Shown one piece after another: positions 12,639-24,957 of a stretch of 64,000 bases of DNA. The notes below the pieces were generated by a model. The model was given only the letters and a program-made list of their open reading frames with translations. It had not been told where the DNA came from and made no database searches. The position numbers and the translations under genes are program-made. Numbering within the stretch: the first letter of the stretch is position 1; each line of letters starts with the position of its first letter. Origin of the DNA: Octopus vulgaris (lineage: Eukaryota); NCBI GenBank assembly GCA_951406725.2, contig OX597832.1, positions 36,580,001 to 36,644,000 of the forward strand. The letters run 5' to 3'.

Positions 12639-13211
12639 GTGTGTGTAGGTACATAAAATGGTATGGTGGTATCTGATGTGGTTGGTGCTTTACAAATTGT
12701 TATGGTAGTATGTGATGTATTGATGTATGAAATTATGAAGTGTTACATAGAATGGTGTCTGCTACTTCCCATCAATACTCTACTAACAATCTGTAAAACT
12801 ACGTCCTCTCCTTTACTCTGATGGTCTGTCCTTCAATGGATGCATTAACTGAATCCTACCAACACTATATCTTCATTTCATTTATATCTTCTCTTTTCAC
12901 CTCTTTCATGCCTCTCATCGTAATTACTACCTCTAGTTTGTCCAAGAATACAGCGACCTCTGTAGGGTTAGTGCCATGATAAAATACATCTAGTGCCCAC
13001 TGTGGATTCAGCCATGTTGTTCACTTAGAAGAGAAGTCATTTTGAATAAGAACTGACTTGGATTACTATGACCCATCCAACCCATGTCATTATGGAAAGC
13101 AGGTGCAAAAAATGATAATACACCTTTCCCTACTTTTTCCCAGTGCTGCCACTAACTTCTGACAATCCAAGCTAACCAGTAACTACACTAACCTCACCCT
13201 AATTCGATCTA

Positions 13212-13390
13212 CCATATTTTAATGTGTATAAGGAACCCATTTTTGTCAAAAATTAAGTTAAAAAAATATGGGAGTTTCTAATACATGGATAGTATTATAA
13301 TCCTTTACAAAACTGTTTTTCCAAATTTTAAGCCTAAAGCATTAGGGGGTTCTATATACACGAGGGTTCTTTAGACACGTTACAATACAA
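13212..13390. mobile_element. Decayed pogo/Tigger-like MITE
   Basis: Starts TA|CCATATTTTAATGTGTATAAGGAACCC and ends GGGTTCTTTAGACACGTTACAATACAA, an imperfect inverted repeat with a pogo-type CC(G/A)TATTTT terminus. Confidence 0.45.
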
Positions 13391-13971
13391 CCAATCCCTC
13401 CTGCCTACAAGAGTTTATACACTAGATATATGCTACGTACATAATGCAACTTAACAATTGCATCTGAGAGGGTGCCTCTAAGTTGCTGCATAATATTCTA
13501 GAAATAATAGCAACCAAACTCCCTAAAATTACACTCTACTATGTTGGAAAAATGAATGGTATACTAAATGATGGAGTCCTAGGTGCACTGTGCCTAGAGC
13601 AAAATGAACAAAAATAACCATTGGATTATCATAGCTAAAAACTTTAATCATAAATCTACTCAATCATAGCTGACTAAGAACTAAAAGAAAAAAAAACAAT
13701 TTAAACGGTTGAAACTATTTAGTAACCCCTGAGTCCCAGTCCAGGAAGAGTTAAACAGAATCCTAACTCTTGGTATAGAAAAGGCTAAGCAGCCTTCTAA
13801 CTCCTAATCTTAAACTAACTCACACAAAACATATTTTCCTGCTTCTTAAAACAGACAGCCGGGGCACCTGCTGTCAAGTTACATGAGACAGGATATGACC
13901 AGTTAAACACTAGTGTATCCAACTTATAACCCCTCCCCTAAACATTGGTCAAATGTTCTATAATTAATATT

Positions 13972-14222
13972 GATTTCAGATTTTTGCGCAAGGCCAGCAA
14001 TTTCAGGGACATGGGTTAGTCAATTGCACCTGAGCACTGTATACAATAATTTCATTATTATTATTATTAACCCCAGTGTTCAACTGGTACTTATTTTATC
14101 TACCTTGAAAGGATGAAAGGCAAAGTCAACCTTGGCAGAATTTGAACTTTGAATGTAAAAACGGGCAAAATGCCACGAAGCATTTTGCCCCGCATGCTAA
14201 TGATTCTGCCAGCTTACCACCT
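13972..14222 (-). mobile_element. SINE family B
   Basis: CAACTGGTACTTATTTTATC...AAAGGATGAAAGGCAAAGTCAACCTTGGCAGAATTTGAAC...GATTCTGCCAGCT. Confidence 0.85.
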
Positions 14223-15172
14223 CATGTTCTTTACCATTAACTGAAATTTTTTCTAAACACACACACACACATGAAGGAGTAAAATATATTGATTATTTGA
14301 TTGACTTTGTTTCGTGGTTAATATTTGAAGAAAGCTGAATTTTCCACAGTTAATGTTAAGAGAGATCCTTAACAAACATTCCTTAGTTATTTCATTGGTC
14401 TTATTGTTTAGCACCCATTCTATCTTTTATTGTCTTTTAATGTATTCTTCCTTGTTCTTTTATCCCCATGTCAGCCTTGGTCCTGACAACCTGAGATCAA
14501 TTCTGTTCCTGACATGATCTGTCTTTTATTCAAATAACGTGTCTAGGATTACATTAAGCTGCAACCATTCATTTCTCACCATCACCCTGGGTCCTCAGTG
14601 CTGACACATTGGCTGCCCCAGATGTGATAGCATGAACAAATAAACATCCAATAGTATCCATATGGTTTCTTGTTTGGTTTCCTCAGTTTTCTGGTTCTGG
14701 CTACCTTGGCAGAGCTGCTACCCTCCTTCTTTTGCAGCTGGGCATGGGACCATCCTTGGCAGTGTATTATTGGAAATAAAGAAGAAAAAAAAGAAAGATT
14801 ACATTAATGTTTCCATCATTTCTAAGAAAGTCAGCTGAAGTGTAAGATCTTGCTGCAGTTTCTTGCAGATCGAGTGTAGATCCTCCCTTATCAACTCAAA
14901 TCTTTCATGGTTGATTATGTATAGCCCCTGCAATTCCCTACATACCTATTATAATTGGTCAAGCATCTTGATGTGGTCTGCAGATCCATCATCTTAGAAT
15001 ATCATGATATGGCTCTGTTGCATTCTGAACCATCTTCTGGAATGTTGTTATAAAACAACTCTGTGTACATGTAGCATAATTGTTACATGGACATTTTGTC
15101 CACATGTAGCATAGATTTATAAGATAATTTTGTGCACATGTATGTTTGGTGTTATTATGAGACCTGAAAATA

Positions 15173-15375
15173 AAGCAGCAAGCTGGCAGAATCGTTTGCA
15201 TTGCATGCTGAGCAGCATATCACCTGGCTTTATGTTCTCAGTTCAAATTTTGCAAAGGTCAACTTTGCCTTTCATCCTCTCGAGGTTGATGAAATAAGTA
15301 CCAGCAGCCAAGCAGGGGGGAAGGGGCAGTAATTGACTATCCCCACCATCCCACCTCACAAAATGTTTAGTACAA
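15173..15375 (+). mobile_element. SINE family B
   Basis: AGCTGGCAGAATCGTT...GTTCAAATT...GGTCAACTTTGCCTTTCATCCT...AAATAAGTACCAG. Confidence 0.8.
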
Positions 15376-15734
15376 AACCTGAAAATGGTTAATGTTACCT
15401 GGAAGATAGGAGTAAGTTTCATTACTTATATTGGCAGATCAAGTATATTGTATTGTTAACGGGAGAATGGAACAAACATTATTATATTCGAAAAAAAAAA
15501 ATTCATAAAACTGAATTAGATTGTGTCTTTTGAAGATTTTTCTCTTCTGTCACATAAAATTTGGTTTAATTTTAAGAATTCTTTTTTTCACTGATGTAGA
15601 ATATGTTTTAGGGCGTGTGTTTTATTTTTGTCTCTTATGCTTGCTTTATTTGCATTTTATTGATAATTTGTGGCTTGTTATAAAAGGTGTGTATAGTAGT
15701 GATGTTGAAAAACAGAACGTTTCATGGTCAATGT

Positions 15735-15985
15735 CCACCTGGTGCCTTATAGCTTGTTGTTTGTACACCTGGTATCTTGTTGTTAGTTATTAGTATACTT
15801 TGTGTCTTTTTATTACAGCTGGTGCCTTGCAGTTGTTTGTACATCTGTGTCATATTAGTTACATTGTGTCTTCGTGTTAGTTACTAGTATACCTGGTGTT
15901 ATGTCAATAGTTATTATTGCAACTGGTGTTTTGCAGTTAATTGAGTTGTCTTGTATCATTAGTTATTAATGCACCTGATGTATTA
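15735..15985. repeat. Degenerate minisatellite, unit ~30 nt
   Basis: Repeated (A/C)ACCTGGTG(T/C)CTTG..GTTAGTTATTAGT units. Confidence 0.6.
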
Positions 15986-16535
15986 GAGTCCGTTGTGAGT
16001 TCTCTTGATGTGTTGTAATGAGTTGTGAGTACATCATTTGATTTGTTGCTTCTCTAACTAGAGAGAGGAAGCCCTATCAGACCACTGCAAAGGACAGTTA
16101 AAATGTAATGATTACATTGAAATCTAAATTACATAATTAGAGCTACTATTTATTGAGTTTTAATTTTTAAATTGAATTACTGTTGCAGAAATGATATAAA
16201 ATTATACTGGAGTTAATTAATGTAACTCAGGTAACAATTTAGTGTGGTCGAGGTTGGTGAGGTGGATGCACACACACAGGTAGTTCATGTGTGTCAGTGT
16301 AGTACAGTTTTGTTACCTGGTGTCAGTATGGTTCACTACTGTTGTCTTCTGTTAGTTTTAGATACTGCTGCTACCTCGTGTAAATATGAATCACTGCTGT
16401 CATATGGTGTAGGTGTTAAGGTTATTCACTGTTTAAGGTGGTGGTGGTGGTGGTGAACAGAACACTGTCAAATATGATGTTCTAAACTCTAAACTCTCTC
16501 TATATATATACACACAATCACAGTCACACATATAC

Positions 16536-16594
<59 letters not shown>

Positions 16595-16659
16595 TGCATT
16601 ACATTTTGTTATCAAAATTTAATAGAATTTACAGACAGAATTCAATCTTTCCTATGAAT

Positions 16660-17625
16660 ACCTATTTTCAAAGTGATGACTATTCTGGTCCAAACACTGC
16701 TGATAGCATGAAGTAATAGATTTGGAAACATCAAAAAACAGTATTTCAGTATTTGTATGAATTCTCATTCAATGACTGCCCTCAATTCATCACCTGTTGC
16801 TGCCTTTGTACTGTAAACTTTATCTTTTGCGGTAAAAGAGACTAGTTGTGTGAGACTCAGTGTATGTGGAGAGTATTCTAATAAACCTTGTCATTCCAAT
16901 CTACCTGTTTGGTAAAATCTCATCAACGTAGGCTCTTACATTTCTATTGTAGAGTGGAGATATCTGATCTTGCTGGAAATAAAATTCTGTGACTTCAAAA
17001 TCTTCTTGAAATGCTTGGCATGAGAGATTGTTGCAACAAGCTCAGTATATGGGACCAGTCACAGTACCATCAAAAAGAAAGGTTCAACTAATCTTTTTAA
17101 TAGGCCACACCATACTATAACTCCTGGTAAATTAACATGAGGTTCCCCCATAATATACATATTTTTACATCTTCAGTAAATGCAATTGTAGCAGTTAATT
17201 AGGCCATTTAATTTAAATATAGTCACATCACTCCAAACAAACTTCATTGGAAAGTGTGCATCTTCTACACATCTTGCAAGTATCACTTGTAAGACCAATC
17301 CTTTGGTCTTGAGCATCTCTATTGAGAATGTAGATTATTCAATGAAAATTCTTCAAAATGTGGTGAATACTTGATCTCACCATTCTCTTGTCATACAGAT
17401 TTTTTTGAATTCTGGTAATATTTTTGTAGTGCCTTTTCTTGGTTTGTGAAGTAGTTTGATGTCCATGGTCTTGTTGACATTCTGAATAGTTACATCTCCT
17501 GCAAACTTGCCTCTAATTCAAGTGATGGTAAATTATGTGGGTGGATTTGCTTGACCCCACCTCCTAAAATGTCTTTGCACTTCGACTGCATTTAAAAAAA
17601 TTCGTTGTTATCAACATTCACAGCA
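16660..17625 (-). pseudogene. Decayed Tc1/mariner-superfamily transposase (maT/DD37D-like, DUF4817-type HTH N-terminus)
   Basis: Hand translation of the minus strand across stops: NAVEVQRHFRRWGQANPPT*FTIT*IRGKFAGDVTIQNVNK...[22 protein letters not shown]...HVNLPGVIVWCGL...PFFFDGTVTG...FYFQQDQISPLYNRNVRAYVDEILPNR*IG...KDKVYSTK...CYQQCLDQNSHHFEN. Not present in the ORF track. Confidence 0.8.
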
Positions 17626-17874
17626 TATTGTGAATCTTCAAGTTGTTAAACCATTTGATAAAGTGTCTAATGGTATTTATTGTAGCCCCTTACATTCTGA
17701 TTTCAAAGCTCACCTTGGCCTACATGAGTGATAGACTTTTTCCATCATCTGGTTTACCATCACCATCACTACGACCTTGGCTGCCTTTACCAGAAGTGTT
17801 CACTTTCTTGCAAGCCTTCAAGCCAGGTCTCCCATTTGATACCTCCCTCTTTTCACTGTTCCTGGAGAACCCAA

Positions 17875-17939
17875 AAAAGGGCCATGGGCATTGTTTTCTC
17901 TCCTCGGGAAAAGGGCCACGGGCATTGTTTTCTCTCCTC
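17875..17939. repeat. Tandem duplication of 31 nt, 1 mismatch
   Basis: AAAAGGGCCA(T/C)GGGCATTGTTTTCTCTCCTC at 17875-17905 and 17909-17939. Confidence 0.9.
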
Positions 17940-18949
17940 ACTAAGCAATAAGGAAAATGGTCTTCAACTCTCATCTCCAGCCACAAGGACAGGCCTCAAT
18001 TGTCTCCCAGTGGAAAGAAGAAATTTTGTGAATGCCACGAGCAATACTGTCACTTCTCCTCCTCCTCTTCCTCCTCCTCTCACTAATTTATTAAACAAAA
18101 CAAAAAAATACAAAAGCATCAGAGTACTTCATTATTGCATAAACCAGTCATAAATATCAGAGACTTCACTACCAAAACCCATAAATGCTGCTATAAACTG
18201 GTAAAACTTCAATCTAAACTCTATAGAATCTTCAGCACAGTTTAAGTGCAGTCACAACACTTCTTCTGTCATTATAGCCACTACATCACAGCAACATGGT
18301 TTCTTTATGTCATTTCTGATAATGTCTTTTACAGTTATTGGTTGACTTGATAGCAGCAAAATTATTTTTATTGAATCAATGTTGAAGTTTGTGTGTATGC
18401 GTGGTTACGCACTCCTATGTACATATATGTACATACATGTTGGCACACACAATGTCACTTTATATATATATGTGTGTATGCACACACATTATGTATACAT
18501 GCTCAACATGTATGTGTATATATATATAGATAGATAGATGCATGTAAGTATACACATGTACACATTTGTTAGGGCATAAATTTTTCTATATTTGGAGAAA
18601 AGTTTTTAGCTTTAAATTTTCTTTTATCTGGTTCTGTCAAAACCATTTTTGTAAATAATAAATATTTGGTAGACATGTTCCGATTGGAGGAGGTTTCTAT
18701 GATACACTCCATGTCAAACTGATTTTTCCTGAAATGAGAAAAACGAAACAAAAAAAAGCTGACTATCAAACTGTCTTTATCAGTTTGTCCATTGAAAAGT
18801 GAGGTGTTTTATGACTATTATCTCTCGTGTACCAATAATGTTGTACAGCATTAACTGCTGTATGAACTCTTACTAACTGTATTTACAACAACACTAAAAC
18901 AATTTATAGCTTGTAATATTTTCTTAGTGTTGTTATTATTATTAAGAAA

Positions 18950-19357
18950 AAGGCAGTGAGCTAGCAGAATCATTAGAGCATTGGTAAAATGCTTGGTGGC
19001 ATTTGTTCTGGCTCTTTGCATTCTGAGTTCAATTCCCACTGAGGTCAACTCTACCTTTCATCCCTCCAGGTTCAATAAAACAAAATACCTGCTAAGTACT
19101 GAGATTGATGTAATCAACTAACCACTCTCCCCAACCTTTAAAAATTGCTGGCCTTGTGCTAAAATTTGAAACAAACGTGGTGAGCTGGTAAAATTGTTGC
19201 CCGTTGGACAAAATGCTTAATGTTTCTTCTGGCTCTTTGTGTTCTGAATTCAAATTTCACCGAGGTCGACTTTGCTTTCAACCTTTTGGAGCACTGGGAT
19301 TGGTGTAATTAACTAGCCCCCTCCTCCAAATTCTAGGCCTTGTTCCTATAATAGAAG
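18950..19357 (+). mobile_element. Two head-to-tail SINE family B copies (18950-19172, 19177-19357)
   Basis: Each has a GTGAGCT(A/G)G.A.AAT head, TTCTGA.TTCAA and GAGGTC.ACT.T.CTTTCA central motif. Confidence 0.85.
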
Positions 19358-19522
19358 AATACTTGATTAATTTCCTTCCAGGCTTACTTATACCCTGATT
19401 TAATTCTCATTTGCTACCATGCAGCTTCACACCATACTATATGGTGGTTATCTATTCCTTATGCAGTTTCACTACTTCCTGTACCTACTGCTTAGGACCA
19501 TCATGGCATCTGATGTGGCATT

Positions 19523-19932
19523 TTAAATCAATGCTTTGAAAAGACATGTACGTAGATTGCATATCCAATTTGGAGCTGCAGTTAAGTTCTGATCTTTGTG
19601 CGTCTTAAAATGTCTTTTGAAATCTCTTTTAGATTTGCAGTCATTCTGGCATACATTGCATCGATATGTATGCACAGGCATGTAGGCAGAATAGCTGGTG
19701 CAGATTCGTTTCCAATGGGTTGGGAAATGAGATTTGATCCTAGCAAACGAAAAGCATGGTCTGTCACAAACTGTGCACAAAAAGACATTGTGATACACCT
19801 TCGTGATTGTAACAAGTTTTGCATGTATGTCCCTGACCACTTCAAATGCTTTCACTCCAGTCTTTTGTTCGCCATCCAGCTCGATATGCAGCAAGAGTCT
19901 CTATGCCCTCTCGATTAATTCCAAAGGACATC
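19523..19932 (-). pseudogene. 3' end of an RTE-like LINE ORF carrying two C2H2 zinc fingers
   Basis: [24 protein letters not shown] (RTE C-terminal WETLA.DR..WR type) is followed, after a frameshift, by FLCTVCDRPCFSFARIKSHFPTH and YRCNVCQNDCKSKRDFKRHFKTH. Confidence 0.65.
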
Positions 19933-19940
19933 ATATATAT

Positions 19941-19978
<38 letters not shown>

Positions 19979-20055
19979 ATGTATGTATGTACATATATAA
20001 AAATATATGAATATGTATGCATATAAATATATATTTATATATATGTATACACATA

Positions 20056-20134
<79 letters not shown>

Positions 20135-20145
20135 AATTATATATG
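19933..20145. repeat. Compound (TA)n/(TG)n microsatellite
   Basis: Read directly from the sequence. Confidence 0.95.
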
Positions 20146-20972
20146 TCATCATCATCATCATCGTTTAACATCCGCTTTCCATGCTAGCATGGGTTGGATG
20201 ATTTGACTGAGGTCAGGCGAACCAGGCTCCAATCTGATCTGGCAGAGTTTCTACAGCTGGATGCCCTTCCTAATGCCAACCACTCTGAGTGTGTAGCGGG
20301 TGCTTTTAGGTGCCACCAGCACGAGGGCCAGTCAGGCGGTACTGGCAACGGCCACACTCAAATGGTGCTTTTTATGTGCCACCTGCACAGGAGCCAGTCC
20401 AGTGGCACTGGCAATGGCCTCGCTTGAATGTTTTCTCATGTGCCACCAGCAGGCAGTACTATCATCAGCCACGTCATTGATTTTTATTTGTTTACACTTG
20501 TCTCAATAGGTCTTCGCAAGCTAAAGTTCATTATCAAATGAATGAGGGGTACTCATAAGTGAGCTGGTTACACCCCATGTTTGGATGTGCTTTTACCGTT
20601 CCACTGGCACGCATGGCAATCAGGCGGTACTGTCATTGGCCATGTCAGTAATTTCGATTTTGATTTCACTTGCCTCAATAGGTCTTCACAAGCAAGGTTT
20701 ATTGTCCAATGAATGAGGGGTATTCATAAATGGGCTGGGTACACCCACTGGCATAGGCCATGGGCTATGGTCTCACTTGGCTTGTCAAGTCTTCTCAAGC
20801 ACAGCATATCTCAAAAGATCCCGGTCACTAGTCATTGCCTCGGTAAGGCCCAATGTTCGAAGGTCATGCTTCACCACCTCAGTCCAGGTTTTCCTGGGTC
20901 TACCTCTTCCACAGGTTCTCTCAACAGCTAGGGTATGATACTTTTTCACACAGCTGTCCTCATTCATTTGCA
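20146..20972 (-). mobile_element. 5'-truncated RTE LINE (ORF C-terminus, 3' UTR and (GAT)n tail), inverted relative to the adjacent copy
   Basis: ORF 20785-20991(-) MNEDSCVKKYHTLAVERTCGRGRPRKTWTEVVKHDLRTLGLTEAMTSDRDLLRYAVLEKT is homologous to 22560-22762(+). The UTR mirrors 22830-23282. Confidence 0.9.
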
Positions 20973-23282
20973 TGAATGGATGATGGTGCACTTGCTTTTA
21001 GTGATTCTGAAAAGAAAGAGACTTGGAGAAGCCATTATGAAAGACTGCTGAATGTGGAGAATGAATGGGAGGAGGAGAGCCTTCCAAATGTTGACCCAGT
21101 AGAGGGACCAGCTATCCCAATAGACAGTTCCCTAGTAGATAAAGTAATTAAGGGTATGAAGCCAGGAAAAGCCCCTGGCCCATCAGGAATCACTGCTGAG
21201 ATGCTTAAAGCATCTGGTGGTGTGGGCTATGGCTTAGTCACCCGCAATGTAAACCAGGTAGTACATAACAGAGTCATACCCAATGACTGGTGTAGCAGCA
21301 TCATAGTCAGCTGCTACAAGGGTAAAGGTGATGCTCTAGATAGGAATAACTACAGGAGTATTAAACTGCTGGATCAGGTGATGAAGGTCACAGAGAGGGT
21401 CATAGTCCATCTCATTAGATGAGATGCAGTTTGGTTTTGTTTTGGGTAGAAGCACCACTGATGCTATATTCCTGGTTCGACAACTGCAGGAGAAATACCT
21501 AGCTAAAGATAAACCCCTCTACTTAGCTTTTGTGGACTTGGAGAAAGCCTTTGACAGGGTCCCCCAATCCCTTATCTGGTGGGCAATGCGGAAACTGGAG
21601 ATTGACGAATGATTGATAAGGGCTGTACAGGCCCTATACAGAGAGGCCATTAGTAAGGTTAGGATTGGCAACAAGTATAGTGAAGAATTCCGGGTAGAAG
21701 TAGGGGTCCACCAAGATTCAACCCTTAGTCCCCTTCTATTCATCGTAGTCCTCCAGGCAATAACAGAGGAATTCAAGACGGGTTGCCCTTGGGAGCTCCT
21801 CTATGCTGATGACCTAACCCTCATAGCAGAATCACTACCGAAACTAGAAAAGAAATTTTGGGTGTGTAAGCTAGGTTTAGAATCAAAGGGCTTTAGAGTA
21901 AATGTAGCAAAGACCAAAGTTATAGTAAGCAGAAAGGCGAACTCATCACACACACCTTCGGGCAGGTGGCCCTGCTTGATCTGTAGAAAAATTGTAGGTA
22001 GAAACTCCATAAGATGTACCCAGTGTAAGCTATGGATGCATAGGAGGTGCAGTAACATCAAAGGAATATTAACCGATAAGATAACTTTCATGTGGGTTAG
22101 ATGCACAGGGGCAATTGACACCACAGATACTCAGAAAACAAATTCCATCACACTCCAGGGGAAGAAACTAGAAGTAGTTAATAGTTTCCGCTACCTAGGT
22201 GACCAAGTTAGTAGTGAAGGTGGATGCTCAGAGAGTGTCACCACTAGAATACGAATATCCTGAGCAAAGTTTAGAAAGCTCCTACTCCTACTGGTGACAA
22301 AGGGTCTCTCACTCAGAGTGAAAGATAGATTGTACGATGCATGTGTGCAAACTGCCATGCTTCACGGTAGTGAAACATGGGCTGTGACTGCAGAGGACAT
22401 GCGTAGGCTTGAAAGTAATGAAGCTAGCATGATCTGCTGGATGTGTAATATCAGTGTGCACACACGACAAAGTGTAAGCACTCTGAGAGAAATGCTGGAC
22501 ATAAGAAGCATCAGATGTGATGTACAAAAGAAATGTTTGCGCTGGTATGGTCATGTACTGCGGATGGATGAAGAGAGATGTGTGAAGAAGTGCCACTCCC
22601 AAACAGTTGAAGGTATCCGGGGGGGGGGGAGGTAGACCCAGGAAGACATGGGATGAGGTAGTCAAGCATGACCTTCGAACGTTGGGCCTCACAGAGGCAA
22701 TGACGAAAGACCAAGATCTCTGGAGATATGCTGTGACTGCAAAGACCCGAGAAATAATGTGAGTTCATGGCTGCTTCCTGCACTAGTTTTGCATAGCCCC
22801 AATCCATCTGAAGTGCCGTGGATTGCAGAATGACCTGCTGTGCTTGAGGAGACCTATTGAGTCAAGTACATAACATCAACATCAAAATAAATATTAAATG
22901 GAAATTATAGTTGTGATACCTGTGCTGGCGGCACGTAAAAAGCACCATCCGAACATGGTCGATGCCAGTGCCGCCTTGACTGGCTTTTGTGCCGGTGGCA
23001 CGTGACCTGCTGTCCTTGAGGGCACCTATTGAGTCAACTACATAACGTCAACATCAAAATAAATATCAAATGGAAATTATAGTTGTGATATCTGTGCTGG
23101 TGGCACGTAAAAAGCACCCACTACACTCAGGCAGTGGTTGGCGTTAGGAAGGGCACCAGCTGTAGAAACACTGCCAGATCAGACTGGAGCCTGATGCAGC
23201 CTCCTGGCTTCCCAGACCCCAGTCGAACCGTCCAACCCATGCTAGCACGGAAAACGGACGTTAAACGACGATGATGATGATG
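20973..23282 (+). mobile_element. 5'-truncated RTE-clade LINE: disrupted reverse transcriptase ORF (20976-22762), 3' UTR and (GAT)n tail
   Basis: RT motifs GKAPGPSGI, NYRSIKLL, QFGF..GRSTTDAIF, AFVDLEKAFDRVP, GVHQDSTLSPLLF, LLYADDL, FRYLG, HGSETW, LRWYGHVLRM, GRPRKTW. Broken by stops and frameshifts near 21422, 21612, 22263 and 22630. Confidence 0.95.
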
Positions 23283-23602
<320 letters not shown>

Positions 23603-23915
23603 TTAGAAGAAATAAGGTACTCAGAAATCTGGATGGTTTTATATTTACAGATATTTATTTATTGATATGTCATGTTTTTATAAAACATATACCAGCGCTT
23701 GTGTCCACTCTAGTGGAGTCTTCAGATTGAATTTTTGCAGGAGATTTTGTCTCTTTATAGTAGTATTGAGTGTGTAGGGGTGGAGAGAGATAGTACAAAA
23801 GGGTGAGGAATGGGGAGAAAGTGAGAGAGTGCGTGTGTGTGTGTGTGTATTATTTTTCAAAAAATTGTCTGAATTTCTTTTTATCATTGTCTTGTGTGTG
23901 TGTGTGAGAGATAGA

Positions 23916-23949
<34 letters not shown>

Positions 23950-24115
23950 ATGTCTGTGTATCTGAAAGGGGTGTCAATTGAAAAGAGAAGGAAAGAAAGA
24001 AGGAAGAGAGAAAGAAGAAAAAGTGTGTTGACATCTTTGCAGCTGGTCAGTTCTTTCAATAAAAAGTAATTCTTGTCCCTTTAAAAATGGTAAAATCAGG
24101 TGGCCACCTGATTTT

Positions 24116-24298
24116 ACCATACTGGTGGCACATAAAAAGCACTCATTACTCTGTTGGAGGGGTTGACATTAGGAAAGGCGTCTAACCATAGAAACCATGC
24201 CAAATCAGACTGGAATCTGGTGTAGCTCTTTTTGCTTGCTAGCTCTGGTCGATCCATCCAACCCATGCCAGCATGGAAAACAGATGTTAAATAATGAT
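24116..24298 (+). mobile_element. RTE 3' UTR fragment
   Basis: GGTGGCACATAAAAAGCAC...CCAACCCATGCCAGCATGGAAAACAGATGTTAAATAATGAT. Confidence 0.8.
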
Positions 24299-24328
24299 CA
24301 CACACACATTGTTATGTATATGTATATA

Positions 24329-24361
<33 letters not shown>

Positions 24362-24957
24362 TGTATATGTTTGTGTGTATATATTTACATATATTTAATA
24401 TATCTAATTTGGGAATGTTCACTACCTTACTCTCCCACTTCATCTCTCTTCACACTTATCTTTTTCCATTCCATCTCAATTTCCAAATCCCTTTGAACAA
24501 CAGTTTTCCTTTAATTATTATATTTTGCACATCACTTGCACTATACCTCCACTTCCAACCACCTTGCTCTCTCACACACATTTCTAATCATTCTTGTTTC
24601 ATTTTGTTTAATAATTACAATAATTAACTTGTTCCAATAAAACTTTTGTAGAAATTGTCTCTATTTTAAAAAAAGAAAAAACAATATTCTTCATCAGTTT
24701 AGTGTTAATGTTATTATTAAAACTATGGATGCAGTTATAGAGTGAGTGGTGCAGCACTGTACGTGTAGTGGTGGCAATAGTGGGAGTCTTTCTGTGTAGG
24801 TGGTGGAGTTATTGTGGTGATGGTGATAATGATAGAATTGTGTGGTGTTGGTGGTGGTAGGGGAATAAGTAAAAGAACATAAATCCACCAGTGTGGTGAC
24901 CAAGTGCTAGATAGGTACAAAGAAAAGAAAAGCAAAAGAAACAAACATCCACACATA

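Noticed and set aside
17643-18153. Overlapping ORFs on both strands in a GC-richer patch
   Set aside because: No recognisable motif, and it contains a frame-shifting 34-nt-period duplication. Probably an unclassified TE remnant.
23603-23730. Fourth hammerhead candidate on the minus strand (CTGAAGA-CTCCAC TAGA GTGGA-CACAAGCGCT) next to (TA)n
   Set aside because: It has CTGAAGA and a hairpin, but the GAAA core is missing and no stem I can be formed. It may be a PLE-type end, but is not supportable as a ribozyme.
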